Shown: positions 35,612 to 49,592 of the stretch, piece after piece
Position numbering within the stretch: the first letter of the stretch is position 1
Layout of the letters: each line of letters opens with the position of its first letter
DNA from: Leucoraja ocellata
Taxonomy: Eukaryota
Assembly (NCBI GenBank): GCA_036785375.1
Contig: JAWMAR010000187.1
Span: 4,464,001 to 4,528,000, forward strand
DNA length: 64,000 nucleotides
Direction of reading: 5' to 3'
Made by a program: the position numbers and the translations under genes
Notes under the pieces: model-generated
Told to the model about the DNA's origin: nothing
What the model saw: the letters and a program-made list of their open reading frames with translations, nothing else
The model's database searches: none

Positions 35612-37792
35612 TAAGGAACCAAAGAGTTAGAGGTAGGAGTGCTCGTACCTGGAATGGCATAAAGGGAACGTGGACCTGTGTACATAAGAATTCACATTTA
35701 TCTTTTTAATGTAACCAAAGGATCTGTCAATGAGTGACTGCTGTTACAATATATTTTATCAGTTGCCTAACTATTAATTACTCTATAGGTTTCATAATAG
35801 CACATGCCGGCAAGTAAGGATTTCACAAGTACGCTATGGAGCAGGCTGGTAGCCCTATTTTATGACTATGTAGTAAAGCTCTAAGATCACCCATGAGTAA
35901 ATGGTGATATACCACCTCTGATCTTTCTAGTAAATTGTGCTTGACTTAACAGATATGGAAAGAATCAGCAAACAAGGATCTGCTGTGAATCCAATAGGCA
36001 TGAAGTGGTGAGGAGATACAAGGAACTGCAAATGTACGTTTACAGAAAAAGGCAGAAAGTGCTGGAGTACCTCAGCAAGTCATGCGGCATATGTGGAAAA
36101 CATGGACAGGTGATGGTTTGTGGTCAGAACCCTTCTTCAGGCCGATTGGGGTGGTGAGAAAGCCGTGTCAGGACAAAGCCTAGCACGATGTGATTCCACC
36201 TTAAGGAAAGCACTGAAGTGCAAATAATATTAAAACAGTTGCCACTCAGCAGCCACTAGTCCACGTGAATGGAACTAAGTCTTCTCACTGAATCACATCG
36301 GCCTGAAAGCTAAACTTAAGCACGCATTCGTCATTAGTTTCCTTGCACCGTAGGGTGCGGTAAAGTTGACCTTAAGCCAAATATTTATAGCTCTCATACC
36401 ATCACGTTGAAAACACAAAAAATCAATGGACCTGTTGAGAAAGCTCACAGTTGTAGGGGAAAGCATATCGTAATCGGAGATTGGATATTTGGCTATCTTG
36501 ACAGCTCCGCATGGGGCCGTCAAGCAACTCTGTACAAATGACAGGAGGTGAAGCAGGAAGGAGGAAGCATGCTGGTCTGTGGAGCACGAACTATGCGAAT
36601 GCACAGCCCTCTGGGTTTATAACAAATGGTGGTCTTAAGTTAAAAGTGAAACCATGCAGTCAGCCAACATGTCCATATCTTCCACTGGGGAATCATTGCT
36701 ATCTAGGACAGATATAACATTAGTACAACAGGCTCAAGGGCAAGACCTGTGGCAAATCACACGGACAATATTCACTGACACAGTGCGAGGAAAAAAACAC
36801 TTAAATTATAATTTATGCAAGTATTTGTGTTTCAACCCTGATGGGAAGCAGATTAACGCATGTCATGGAAATGGCATGGAAGTGCCTGGGATGAAGGTTC
36901 TTTTTTTACTGGGGCCATTTGATGTACATATTTAATAGAAATGTACTCTATTTCTTGTTGCATCTTCCTTGCTATTCTAGTGTTTCCACATCTGATCGCA
37001 CATTGTCACTTTGAGCCTTGTGCCTGAGCTCAGATTGTTCTCCATTTGCACTGAGCTCATGTGCAGAATCAAGTCATGCAGAGGCAATAGAAATGACAAT
37101 CTTTCCCAAGGCTCTCAGGACTAAGCACTGTGGAAATCCCTGAATTGATCAATATATCTGATTTGCTTCTCTGGAGTCCTAACTGAGATGTACGATCATT
37201 TACATTACTCCATGTGTGGCCTGTACATTTCTTATGTCCACGTGTGTCAATGGAGTGAGCGAGGGAAGGTGCAATGTGGTAATAATGGGCGATAATGAGC
37301 CTGTTTCAAATGCCATCACCATAGCAACCCAGGATTTGACTGAATAAATGGGTAAAGACCACCACATCTGACTAGAGGCAAGTGTCTGCAACACACATGA
37401 TAAGGCATGGGCCTGCTTACCCAGTTTGTCAAGAGAAAACAACAGTCAGAAACTGTGCATAAACATAGCATATTTTGTATATCTAAGGTACCTAATAGCA
37501 TACCAGGTATACAAAGTACCTTGTACAGGGGCCATTTTTTTCATGGCCCCTGTACAAAAAGAACCTTAATCCGAGGCACATCCATGCCACATCCATTAGG
37601 GCTGAGCAAGAGAGAGTGATCTGCACTGATGAGGTGGAATGGTATAGGCATGATGAACCGCTGGATTCCTTGAATTACCATCTCTGGCCTGGTTCCCTTC
37701 CAGAATTTACTCTTGGTGGAAGCAGGTATGTGTATGTGAAGTGAGGAGTTCACAGATAGAGGTAGGAAGTGTTATTGAGAGTTGCTGCCTAA

Positions 37793-38018
37793 TGCCCCTG
37801 TCCCACTTAGGAAACCTGAACGGAAACCTCTGGAGACTTTGTGCCCCACCCAAGGTTTCCGTGTGGTTCCCAGAGGTTTTTGTCAGTCTCCCTACCTGCT
37901 TCCACTACCTGCAACCTTCGGCAACCACCTGCAACCTCCGGTAACCGCACGGAAACCTTGGGTGGGGCGCAAAGTCTACAGAGGTTTCCGTTCTGGTTTC
38001 TTAAGTGGGACAGGGGCA
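37793..38018. mobile_element. Harbinger/PIF-type MITE nested in a V-SINE head
   Basis: Same TIRs; flanks TAA/TTA; the SINE resumes at 38019-38240. Confidence 0.9.
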
Positions 38019-41000
38019 TTACTGTGCCAGAAACCTGGATTCAATCCTGACTCCAGGTGCCGTCTGTATGGAGTTTGTACGTTCTCCCTGTGACCAGGTG
38101 AGTTTTCTCCAGTTGCTCTGGTTTCTTCCCACACTCCAAAAACATACTGGTATTTCGGTTAATTGGCTTTGGTAAGTCGAAAAATTGTCCCTAGTGTGTA
38201 GGATAGCACTAGTGTATGGGGATCGCTGGTCGGCATGGACTTCTTTCAAGTTTGTCTAAAGCAGACCATCAGTGTTATTTTGAGTGGATGGAGAATAGTT
38301 ATACCTTGCGTTCTGTTGGCAGGAAGTAGGAGTGACCTTTAAGATGAAGAAAGAACACATGAACAGGTACCTTAAATAAATAACTCTTTGCCCTTGCATT
38401 TTGTTTCTGAATGACTCCAAGTATTGCCTTTGGAATTTACCTCCGAATGCCGCAGCATGTACCCTGAGGACTGCTTTCAAAGATCCCAAGTAAACAACAG
38501 ATCTTACTTTTGTTTTCTGCTTTAATTTAATAGATAACAAAAAATCTGGTGCAACAAGTGTCTGTATGGTTTTGAAACTCAGCACATTATGTAAATTGCT
38601 TTCAGACATTTGTTTCTTACTTCCCCTCTCTCCCCTCGAATACCTAGTTTCAATTTGTATTAAGTTTGATTACAAAAGCATTGAAAACAAAGTAATATTT
38701 TGCCCAACTTTGCAAAAATATCTGAAACGGGCAGAAAAATATAACTCATCTTTTGAGCATGTTTAGGGTATGTGCTGCTATTAAAGGTGTTGCTATCTCC
38801 TGTGCAACATCACAAAATATGATCAGCAAATAACTGACACATAAAAGGAAGATTTTAGTACATCAACAAGCTCAGCAGATCCGTAACATGCCTTTTGCCC
38901 ATTCCACAAGCATGCATCTGGTTTTAACAAGTTGCAGAAATGTTAGGTCTGTGGGGTGTTTACCGCCATCTCATAAAATATGCCAACTGTTACTTGGGAT
39001 TTTTTAAGATAAAATACATCACAGAGCTGGCAAGATAACGTGAAAAAAATACTGCTCGCACAATACTTCCCAATACAATAGTGTTCCTGAAAGCCCATTA
39101 CCTCAAAGAAAGCGTGGAAATCTACATTGTTATTGAGAAAATAAATGATACAATAAATCCTTGTTTTATCTACTGTGTTGGCAGGAGATGTAACCATCTT
39201 TGATCACTCTGTTGATTGCCAGAAAACTCTATACCCACAGGTCTCGTCAGCACAGGTAATTTCAACTATGTAATTGTGCATCTGTTGAAATGTTACAGCT
39301 GTTCTATCATAATAGGCTAGCACGCCATTATCAATAGTACCTAATACTAAAGTCCTCTCCCTGCTAAAATGTAATACTTCACAGTCAAATAGTTTTTATT
39401 GTCATTTTTTAAATGGCTCATTTTATGTTTTCTGGGCACCATCTTTTTTTTTTTTTCAAATTTCATTAGATAGAAAATAACAATGTTTTCTTCTGGGTAG
39501 CTTTCATTGCAAACTTCACAGAAATTGATTTCTTTGTCTAGAAAAAATATCATTTGCATAAAATGTGCGATAACATTTTGAAATTTAGCATAGCAGCCCC
39601 ATCAAAATTCTTACAGAGGTGAATTAAATGCAAAACCAATGTTATTAAGTGTACTCAGGTGAAGATGTCATTAGTTATATCAATGTGCCGTGCATCAGGA
39701 AGAGCCTTTAATAAGCTTCACTTCAGAGTCAATGCAGGATTCTGTCAAACTGCAAGTTGCAGTATTTAGAAGGACGAGAAAGAAAAGCAATTTACATTTT
39801 TCCAGATATAGCAGATGGAGTTAAATTAAATTCAAGACTTATCTCAATTAAATGGACGTTGTATTTAATAAGGATTTTTTGGATTAATACAAAGGAATGA
39901 GATTAAGGAGGATGTAGATAGTATTTTTTCTTAGTTTTTTTTGATGATTGGTGAAACGACAAGGTCTGTGTGCAAACATCTTTATCTTTTGATATTATAT
40001 CTGAGTTTAATTACTAGCGAAGCATAATTAATTGCTTAATTTAACCTCTGTCAATCATTAACTAGCCTAAATAGGAGGAAGGGCTGCTGTGTTAAGATTG
40101 TACTAGAATCTCTGCAGGGCATAATCTTTCCAGCCACAACTCGGTGGATAATCAAGTCACCTGATTAAATGGAGTTTCTGTCGATCTGTTCTTGATGTTT
40201 GGCCGTGAGTTCAAGAGAATTGCTACAGGTATTACAGACCCACAAAGATATCACATAATTCACAATAGAGCGGATATGTCACTGTGAAGCACGTGGGTGT
40301 CCTTTCACTTCATACGTTTGCGCATCCTTGTTAGATTTCACCAATTCACCATTTCCAACTTGAAAAACACTGAAAACACTAAAGCTTCCCTTTTAATGGA
40401 CAATGACGATTCCTCATGAGTGCATCAGCATCGACCGATCATCGACAGTCATTCTTCCTACAATATTTCATGCAAGCTTCTGAACATGCACCACATTAAG
40501 AGGCAAACTTTCAATCATCTATCAGATTATGCAGGCTCCATAGAGAAATTGCATCACATTGTAATGGCAGTCAAAAGGTATTTTGGCGAAGTATGTAAAA
40601 CACATAATAATTCTTTTCCAGAATTTAAGGACATCGTAAGATGTCCTTACATTCGATTACATTTTATTGTAAAATAATATATACATTTAAAAAAATAGCT
40701 ATTATTACATAAACTGCAGGTACTATCATAACATTTAAGAGATAATTGGATAGGTACATGGATATGACTGGTTTAGAGGGTTGTGGGCCAAGCACGGGCA
40801 GGTGGGACTGGTGTACCTGTAGATGGAGCAGGTTGGTCGGCATGGCCAAGATGGGCCGTTGGACTATGAGCAAGTTAGACCATTGATGATTCGATGACTC
40901 TAACCACTTTTGGCATGTAATTTTTGCTTATTTAATAAACCCATTTTTTTTTTTAAAGTTAACTGTCAATGCTTGTGTTTTGAGATGGCAGTGAAAATGC

Positions 41001-41739
41001 ATCATTGTATTTGCATTTCCCAGGCTTTATTATACTTAACTTGTTGACGTGTCTCCTAACTTTAGCCCTGAATGACCTCACTCAAATTTCATCATTTACG
41101 ATATCCAAAATAGTATGAGAAGAGTTTTATCTATTCAAGTTCACTGAAACAAAATCGATCAAACTGCGTGCAGGCAGGTGGGACTAAGGGAAAAAAGTTG
41201 TTCGGCATGGACTTGTAGGGCCGAGATGGCCTGTTTCCGTGCTGTAATTGCTATATGGTTATATGGTTGTATACTTTTGGTGCACAAGCACAACTATAGT
41301 TTACAACTTAACCTTATTAATCCATGTTTAATTCTAGTAAATCAACGCTACACTTTCTCCAAGGCCAATAAGGACTTCTCAAGAAGTGGTGGCTTGAAAT
41401 GAGAAAAGATAAAGATCCCTTTCAAATATCATTAATAAGTGAATTGAATAGTTAAGGTCCCAATGCAGATGCGCAGAGGATACCAATATCCTGTCTATTA
41501 TTGTGGCTGCCCATTGTTCCGACTTTCTCCTACTTGCCAATTTCATAACAAGATTAAATGGTTTCTCTTACTTTGTTGCACTTCCAATTTAGCTGTAAGT
41601 CTCTGGTGAGAGACATTACCAAATGCCTTCTGAGGATCCAGATAAATGACGTTTGTTGATTTGTTGAATGACGTCTGATCGCTTGTTCCAAAAAATCAAT
41701 TGGGTTTGTCAGTCAAGTCAGCCCTTTACTAAAGCACAG

Positions 41740-42750
41740 ACAAGGCACACAGACTGGTCTGCCGAGCACCTGCGCTCTCATCACCATGGCCACCTGGAGC
41801 TCCCGGTTGCCATCCATTTTAAATCCTTTTCCATTTCCAACATTTGGAACACATTTTGTCTACATTTTCAGCATAAGGCCAAAAGTAAACTGGGGGCACA
41901 GCACCTCATATTCTGCCTGGGTTGTTTACAATCCAATGGTGTGAACATTGAAGTCTCCGAGCGTAGAAAATGCAGACGGGTTTACCATAGAAAGACACAA
42001 AATGCTGGTTAGGCAGCATCCCTGGAGAACATAGATAGGTGATGCTGCAGATGGCAACAATTCTTCAGACTGATTGCAAGGGGGGGGGGGGGGGGGTGGG
42101 GGAGGATAAAGCATGACAGGTCATGGCAGGTGTTCATAGACCAACATACATTATCCTCTCCCATCCCACCCCACGCCTGCAATTAGACAGAAGAATGGTT
42201 CCGACCTGATATGTCACCTATCCATCTTCTCCAGGATTGCTGCCTGACCCATTAAACTCACCTATTTCAGGTAACTAACTTCCCTTTGGTCCCTTTCTCT
42301 CTCTTTCTGATTGACCCAGATTTTCTCATATATGCCCTTCTTTACAACTCTCCCCACACCACAGACTCCAATCTTCCAATTCCTTTCCCACCTGCACCCA
42401 GTCCAACTAACCACCGCCATAAATTCCTCTCTCCACAGTTCCCATCTGCCCCTCTGCCTCCCATATTTGATGCCAAGATTCGCCTTCCATTCAGATGAGA
42501 TTGCATCACCTGTAGCCCTGTGTTACCTCCACCTATAACCTCCCAGCCTCTGTCACAATTTCCACACTCTGTTCCCCAAGTGACTCCATCTGCTAACCAA
42601 TCCCTCTTTTCCTGGATCCATCTCCTGTCCCACCCCACCTTTGTCTTCCCACTGGCTATTTCTCCTCTAATACTTCAGTCCAGATGAAAGGGTTCTAAAA
42701 TGTTGACTGAAATTTCACTCCACAGTGGCTGCCTCAGCTGCTGGGTTCCA
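41740..42750 (+). mobile_element. Old, rearranged PLE 3' relic
   Basis: AEHLRS..ELPVAIHF..QHLIFCLGCLQSNGVNIE remnant; pyrimidine-rich UTR; degenerate pLTR. Confidence 0.65.
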
Positions 42751-43689
42751 CCAGTTGGTTGCTTTACTAATCCATGTTGGCTCTCTCTGATCACTTTAAA
42801 TTTTCAAGGGATTAAGTCAACTACAATAATAAATGATTTAAAAGAGGGATAACATCTTCTTTGAAATTACAAGAAATATTTTTATACAGCAGGTCCTGAC
42901 CTCCCATCTACCTCACTGGAGACCTTCGAGTTATCTTTAATGTGACTATTGGATTTTGAAATAAGCAAATGTTATATCTTTGCACTAAACGTTGCACCCT
43001 TTATCTGTTGGTATTAATGTGAATTTTTTTTTTTGACATTTCTGCCAATTTCCTTTATAAGATCACTGTTGTCAATGGTTATAAGATCAATGGTATATGA
43101 ACACACTGATCTGTTCTGTAGCCATGCCTACTATGTTCTGTTGTGCTGAAGCAAAGCAAGAATTTAATTGTCCTATCAGGGACACATGACAATAAACTCT
43201 CTTGAATCTTGAATCTTTTCAGTTTTAAAGATGCTTACATTTCCCTTTTTCAATCCCCATTTTCCTAATATAATTCCCAAGTGACATTGTGTTTTTATAT
43301 CCTTGCAAATTTCTCCTCACTGGATCCATCATTTTTAGTATACTTCAATTGTTTGTCAAAATTACTTGTAATGACATGGCAGCTCACATAATTCTCATCT
43401 TTATTACGCGGAAATTCAATTCTAAATCATCGTAAACCATATGCTTGCACATATGTCTTTCGATGCCCCGGTTGTGCTCAACGTTCATTGATTCTACGTG
43501 ATAATGTGATAAACCTTGCGAACTGTTTCATTGATAGGCGGCAAACTTTAATGGAAGTGACAAACAAAAGAGTTGTGATTGCAGTTCAGTGTAAGTAAAC
43601 TGGACTTGTGCAGTGACTTCTCTTACTACAAGGGTGCACAATATGATAATTTGTGATGAGCCGTTTTTTTGAGCCAAGAATGTTGTGGG

Positions 43690-44310
43690 TGTATCTCAAA
43701 TTAACGAGGGAGACACACATTGAGTAGATGGTTAGAAATAACCTTTGTCCCCATGTGGAAACATCAAAGACAAGTGGACAATGCATTGTGAGAGGGGAAG
43801 AATTTGAAGGAAATTTGCCGGGCAAGTTTTTTTACATAGAGGATGGTGCTTGCCCGTAACGCAAGTCAGGGTTAGTGGTGGCATTTAAGAGGCTTTTACA
43901 TATTTACATGAATATGCAGGGCGTAGAGGGATTGATCACGTGCAGGCAGAGCAGATTAGTTTAACCCATAGACTTAGAGATACAATGCGGAAACAGGCCC
44001 TTCGGCCAACCAAGTTCATGCTGACCAACGATCATCCCGTACACTAACACTATCCTACACACTAGGGACAATTTACAATTTTACCAAAGCCAATGAACCT
44101 ACAACTGTACGTCTTTGGAGTGTGGGAGAAAATCAGAGCCTCCCGGAGACAACCCACGTGGTCACAGGGATAATGTACAAATTCCATACAGGCCGTTCAG
44201 CAACAGGAAGCATCTCTACCACTGTGTCATTGTGTGGCCCAACCTGACATTAAATTGGGCACAAACATTGTTGGACAAAGGGTCTGTTCCTGTGCTGTAC
44301 TGTTCTATGA
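43690..44310. mobile_element. CR1 3' relic (+) with nested V-SINE (43970-44235, -)
   Basis: CR1-like sequence on both sides of a reverse-oriented SINE. Confidence 0.7.
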
Positions 44311-46413
44311 GCTGCTTCTAAATGAGTTTTGACCAGCAGGGAGAATGCTGTCTCAAAACAATGCTGGTTGACATCCTTTTCATGGAAAGTATTTTCACTG
44401 CTATCTCAGAACTCAAACATTGAAAGTAAAGTTTAAGAAATATGTTTATTAAACAAGCAAAATTTACAAACCAAAAATGGTTAGAGTCATAGAATCATAG
44501 AGCCATACAGTGTGGAAAAAGGACCTTCAGCCAGATTTGCACACACTGACCAACATGCTCCATCTACACTAATCCCACCTGCCCGTGCTTGGCTCATATC
44601 CCTCTAAACCTATGCTATCCATGGATGTGTCCACTTGTCTCTTAAATGTTATATTACCTGCAGATAACGTAATCATAGTTAATTTTAAATTTAGATTTGA
44701 TCGAGAAAACAAACAGTTTTACTGTTTCTGTGGATCTTTGAGAGCTTTTTGCACTGACAGAAAAGATGTACCTGTACAAATTCTTTCTTTACTCTTTGGG
44801 AGATTGTTACTTTTTAATTCAAATCTCTCGCTTTCATGAGATTAGTGATCAATATTAATTGCATTAAAGATTTCACCCTGTGTGTTAACTGGCTCAAAAA
44901 TGCAAAAAAGTTAAACCCACTGCTGAAAACCAAATTTGTTTCATGTAAACAAATTAAAATGGATGTTATCAATAAACATGAAGCCATTGCAATGTGATAA
45001 ATAGTGCATCATCAGTACAATAATTACTAATTTAAGTTAATTAAATGATACCTGTACGTTAAATTATAAATGAAATTCACTGAATGTCAGTATCTTATAA
45101 ATCAGAAGATTGGAAAATCTTGTCAGATCACATTTGACTTATGGTTCATTGTTACAGCAGTGATTTGAAACTAGGTCAATATTTTGAACAAAGAGCATTT
45201 AGAACTTTACAACCAAGCAGTTCACAGTGTGCTGCAAATTTATTTTAGCCTATTATAAGAAAACTATAGGGACCCAGTGGATAAAAAAGGGTGCAAATGT
45301 GAACACTATTTTATATCTCCCATTGCTGAGATGGATAACTTCATTAATATAGTGGGTTGAAAATGAGAATATTATAATTAACCAGAGAATCCTTTAATTA
45401 AGATCAATGAATAATTCATGTTTTCAATTTTAAAATAAAACAATCTATTTTGCATTCAATGACTCGGGCGTATAAAATGATTCCAATTTAAAACATTATT
45501 AAGTCATACTGAGCCACCCAAGCATTTAGTGAACGTAATATTTAGTCAGTAGAAATAATGAACTGCTGATGCTGGTTTACAAAAAAGGACACAAAGTGCT
45601 GGAGTAACTCAGTGGGTCAGGCAGCGTATCTGGAGAACGTAAATAGTCGACATTTCGGGTCAGTCTGAAGAGGGGTCTCAACCCAAAAGTCAACTATCCA
45701 TCTTTTCCAGAGATTCATTGATTCGCATTAATTGAGTACAGAAAGTAAAATTTTAGTAGGGAAATTCCAAATACTATTCAATGGGGTTAATGATAAGGAA
45801 CTGCCTACTATTCTTTAAAATGTAGCACATGCAGTGTTCATGGAAGGTCCTGAATTATTGAGAGGCATTGGGCAACACATAACATATATTATGATTAATA
45901 TACTTCTGTTTTGAGATTTAAATGTTCTGCCTAGAGAACTTCAGTTTAGAAATCTGATAGAATCATGGAGTGATACAGCGTGGAAACAGGCCCTTTGACT
46001 CAACCTGCCCGCAATTGGTCCATATCCCTCCAAACCTGTCCTATCCATTTACCTGTCTAACTGTTTCTTAAACAATGGGATAGTTCTTGCCTGAACTACC
46101 TCCTCTGGCAGTTTGTTCCATACACCCACCACCCTTTGTGTGAAAAAGTTACCGCTCAGATTGCTATTAAATCATTGATTCCTGTGTTAGATGCATGTCC
46201 AGTTGTGTGTTGAATTGTGAGGATATTAGATCATGTTAATTTGGGAGCATCCATTGCTGGGTTATCTTGGAAACAAAATGAGATCTTTGCAGTCCATGAA
46301 CCAGATTTGGATACCATCCCAGGTAGATCATGTTTACCTTTTATAAGTTGGGTCCCTCCATTGCACTGTCAAATCCATCCATCAATTCTCCAAACTGACC
46401 CCACCTACCAATT

Positions 46414-46553
46414 GTGTAAGAAGGAACTGCAGGTGCTGGTTTACATTGAAGATAGACAGAAGGGTCTGAAGAAGGGTCTCTACCTGAAACGTCACCCATT
46501 CCTTCTCTCCAGAGACGCTGCCTGAACCGCTGAGTTACTCCAGCATTGGTGTG
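46414..46553. mobile_element. PLE-derived short element (subfamily B): inverted tail plus hammerhead body
   Basis: TSD CCCCAC(C/T)TACCAATT at 46399-46413 and 46554-46568. Confidence 0.85.
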
Positions 46554-47105
46554 CCCCACTTACCAATTACTCCTTCAGGCCCACTGCTTATGATGGAGGT
46601 CCCAATATTCACTTCTATTCTCTCTCACTTATCAAGTGCCCATTGCTAATCAAATACCTTTGTTCTATGACCAACATCCCCACACTCCAAATGTCCCTCC
46701 TCAATATTGGATGGCACAATTTTGCTCATGATAAGACATAACTTCCAATCTGGAGGAGAGTACACCTAGCACTCATAGTGAGAACAGGGTCTTCAACCCA
46801 CTATGTCTGTATCGAACATGATGTCAAGACCATCTCTTATCTACCTGTACGTAATCTAAGTCCTTCCATTCCCTGCATGTCCTCATGCCTATACAAAAGT
46901 ATCTTCAATGCCACTATTGTATCTGCCTCGACTGTGAACCCTTGCCAGTGTGTTCCAGTCACCTGCCACCCTCTGTGTAAAAAAAACTTGCCCCGCACGT
47001 CTCCTTTAAACTTTGTTCCCCTCATGTTAAAGCGATGCCATCTAGTATTTGATTTTTTCAATCCTGAAAAAGGTTCTGACTGTCAATCCTATGTATACAT
47101 CTCAA

Positions 47106-47172
47106 ATACCTGGTATATACTAGACATCACACGGGAGATTCTCCCGTGTGATGTCTAGTATATACCAGGTAT
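47106..47172. repeat. Perfect 67-bp palindrome (33-bp arms, 1-nt centre)
   Basis: ATACCTGGTATATACTAGACATCACACGGGAGA-T-TCTCCCGTGTGATGTCTAGTATATACCAGGTAT. Confidence 0.95.
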
Positions 47173-48436
47173 ATACGCAATATTCCAACGCAATCTTCCA
47201 CCTCTCCACCAATTCCAATATGGCCAGTGGGGGCTTTCTGGAGCGCTAGTATGGGTGTTGTGGGCTGAAGGGACTGGTTTCCAGAAGGCTAGTATGGACA
47301 TTGTGGGCCAAATGGATTCTTGGGCTAGAGGCTCAGTCACTCAAGCCTGTTGTGCTGGCAGCTCACTCACTCACGGCTGGTGGGCTGGCAGTTGAATCAC
47401 GGCTATTCCTTGAAATTCCATTTCAAGCAGGGTGCAAGGCCCCCAAATTCAAGTGCAGTTTCATACCGCTTCAAGCAAGGTGTAAGGCCACTAAATTCAA
47501 GTGCAGTTTCATACCATTTCAAGCAGGGTGCAAGGCCACTAAAGGCAGCGAGTCATGACCTCTCCCTCCTCCATCTTGCAGAGACTGAGCCACGCCCACA
47601 CTTCTGGGTTTTATAGTCCCTCCCCCTCTGACCAGAAGGAGCGTGGCCTTCATGGCGTGATTGACAGGAGAGAGAATGTCAACTTTTTAAAACACTAATA
47701 ACTCTTTTATTTATGGGGAACATCCTCGGCACCTGATGAGCGGAGGGGGACTCTGAGTAAGATGGCCAAAAATCACAGCCGTACGTGGTAGCTTTTTTTC
47801 TAAAATCAATATAAAGCACAAACAGGAAGTGGTCAAGATTAGACTTTTAATTATATTGAAGGCAAGGAAACTTTAATTAGGCAAGGCAACTTTAATTAGG
47901 CAAGGCAACTTTAATTGGACAAGGCAACTTTAATTATGCAAGGCAACTTTCATTAGGCAACACAGCTTTAGCATTTCCAAACCAAAGGCAACACAGCTTT
48001 AGCATTTCCAAACCAAAGGCAACACAGTTTTAGCATTTCCAAACTATATTTTCAAACCACATTAGGGGCACTGACAGGTCAGTAAAACTACTCACAGTTT
48101 AGTGGACATGTATTCAGTATTATTCACAGCTCAGACTGAGAGACGTGACCCCCTCGCTCCCTCATCTTGCCGAGACTGACTGAGGCACTCAACACTTCTG
48201 GGTTTTATAGTCCTCCGGAAGGGGCGTGGCCTTCAGGTGAGAGAATCTCAACATTTTTAAAACACTAATAACTATTTTATTTTTCATCGATGGGAAAAAT
48301 CCTCTTGTCCTGCGCAGTGGAGGGGGACTCTGAGTAAGATGGCCAAAAATCACAGCCGTAAGTGGCAGTGTTTTTTTCTAAAATCAATATACAGAACAAC
48401 AGGAAGTGGTCAAGATCAGACTATTAATAATATAGA
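47119..48436 (-). mobile_element. Non-autonomous Helitron-type element inserted in a CR1 relic
   Basis: Minus-strand start A|TCTATATTATTAATAGTCTGATCTTG resembles 10009-10033; about 300-bp internal direct duplication (47555-47857 and 48143-48436); short tandem arrays; CTAG at the other end. Confidence 0.65.
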
Positions 48437-48694
48437 TTTATATACTTCTATCAGGTCTCCTTACAATCTTTGGCATTTCAGGGGAAAAAAATCTAAGAAT
48501 GTTCAACCTATATCTTCAGCTAATTCCTCATTAAACCCAGCATCATTCTGGTAAACCTTCTCTGCATTTTTTCCCAAAGACTTTACATCCTTCCTGTGGT
48601 AGGGCGACCAGAACAACTCGCGGTACACCAATTGTGGCTGAACCAAAGTCAAATAAAGCTGCATCATTAACACAAATGTCCAGTGGCAGACTAA

Positions 48695-48835
48695 ATGTGC
48701 AGGAAGGAACTGCAGATGCTGGCTTACACCAAAGATAGGCACAAAATGCTGGAGTAACTCAGCGAGACACTAAGTCTGAAGAAGGGTCTTGACCTGAAAC
48801 GTCACCTATTCCTTTTCCACAGAGATGCGGCCTGA
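48695..48835. mobile_element. PLE-derived short element (subfamily B) with inversion
   Basis: TSD TCCAGTGGCAGACT at 48679-48692 and 48836-48849. Confidence 0.82.
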
Positions 48836-49142
48836 TCCAGTGGCAGACTGACTGACTGACTGATCTGGTGATTCAACCTTTGGGAATACATGTACGATGT
48901 GACACCTATCTTTGTGTGCCAGAATGGCCATGTTCAGTAAACACATTGATGTTTCAACAGCGGTCACTACTAGGACAGCAGGGTGTGCCATTCCCCATAT
49001 TGCAATGTTTTGCACATTAAACACAGAAACTGTAAGTGATAATGGCAACCAGACAACATGACAGGTGGGAAATCAGAAATAGTACAATTGTTGCGCAGAA
49101 GTTAAATTACTGGACTAAATATTCCAGTGGCCTAGATTAAGA

Positions 49143-49592
49143 GTGGCACGGCGGTACAGCTGATAGAGCTAGTGCCTCACAGCGCCAGAAAGCCAGGCTT
49201 GATCCTGACCTTGGGTACTGTCTGTAGATCAGTGCATGTTCCTTTAACATAGTGAACATGCTGACCACGGACAGCTATTGCATAGTGTGTGTTAGTGATT
49301 GTAATAAACAGTTAGTAAAAGACTCTGTGTAGGACTAAGTCATTCTACACTGTCTGTGCGGTGTTTCCATGTTCTCCCTGTGACTGCATGGGTTTCCTCC
49401 GGGCGTTCCAGCTTCCTCCCACATCCCAAAGTCGTGCAGGTTTGTAGATTAATTGGCCTCTTTCAAGTGACCCTCACATGTTGGCAGTGGATAAGAAAGT
49501 GAGATAACATAGAGCTGGTGTGTATTGGTGAGGGATGGTCGGCGTGGACCTGACCGGCCGAATGGCCTATTTCCATGCGATATCTCTAAACT
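49143..49592 (+). mobile_element. V-SINE (HE1-like), interrupted
   Basis: Head at 49143-49225; core and tail at 49350-49592. Confidence 0.7.

Noticed and set aside
39347-39559. ORF with FCEVCNESY (CxxC) after a TTTTTTCTAG acceptor on the minus strand
   Set aside because: No completing His/Cys pair, no good donor site, AT-rich context
47733-47760. CTGATGAG motif in the Helitron-type element
   Set aside because: No GAAA core follows, and the duplicated copy near 48310 lacks the motif
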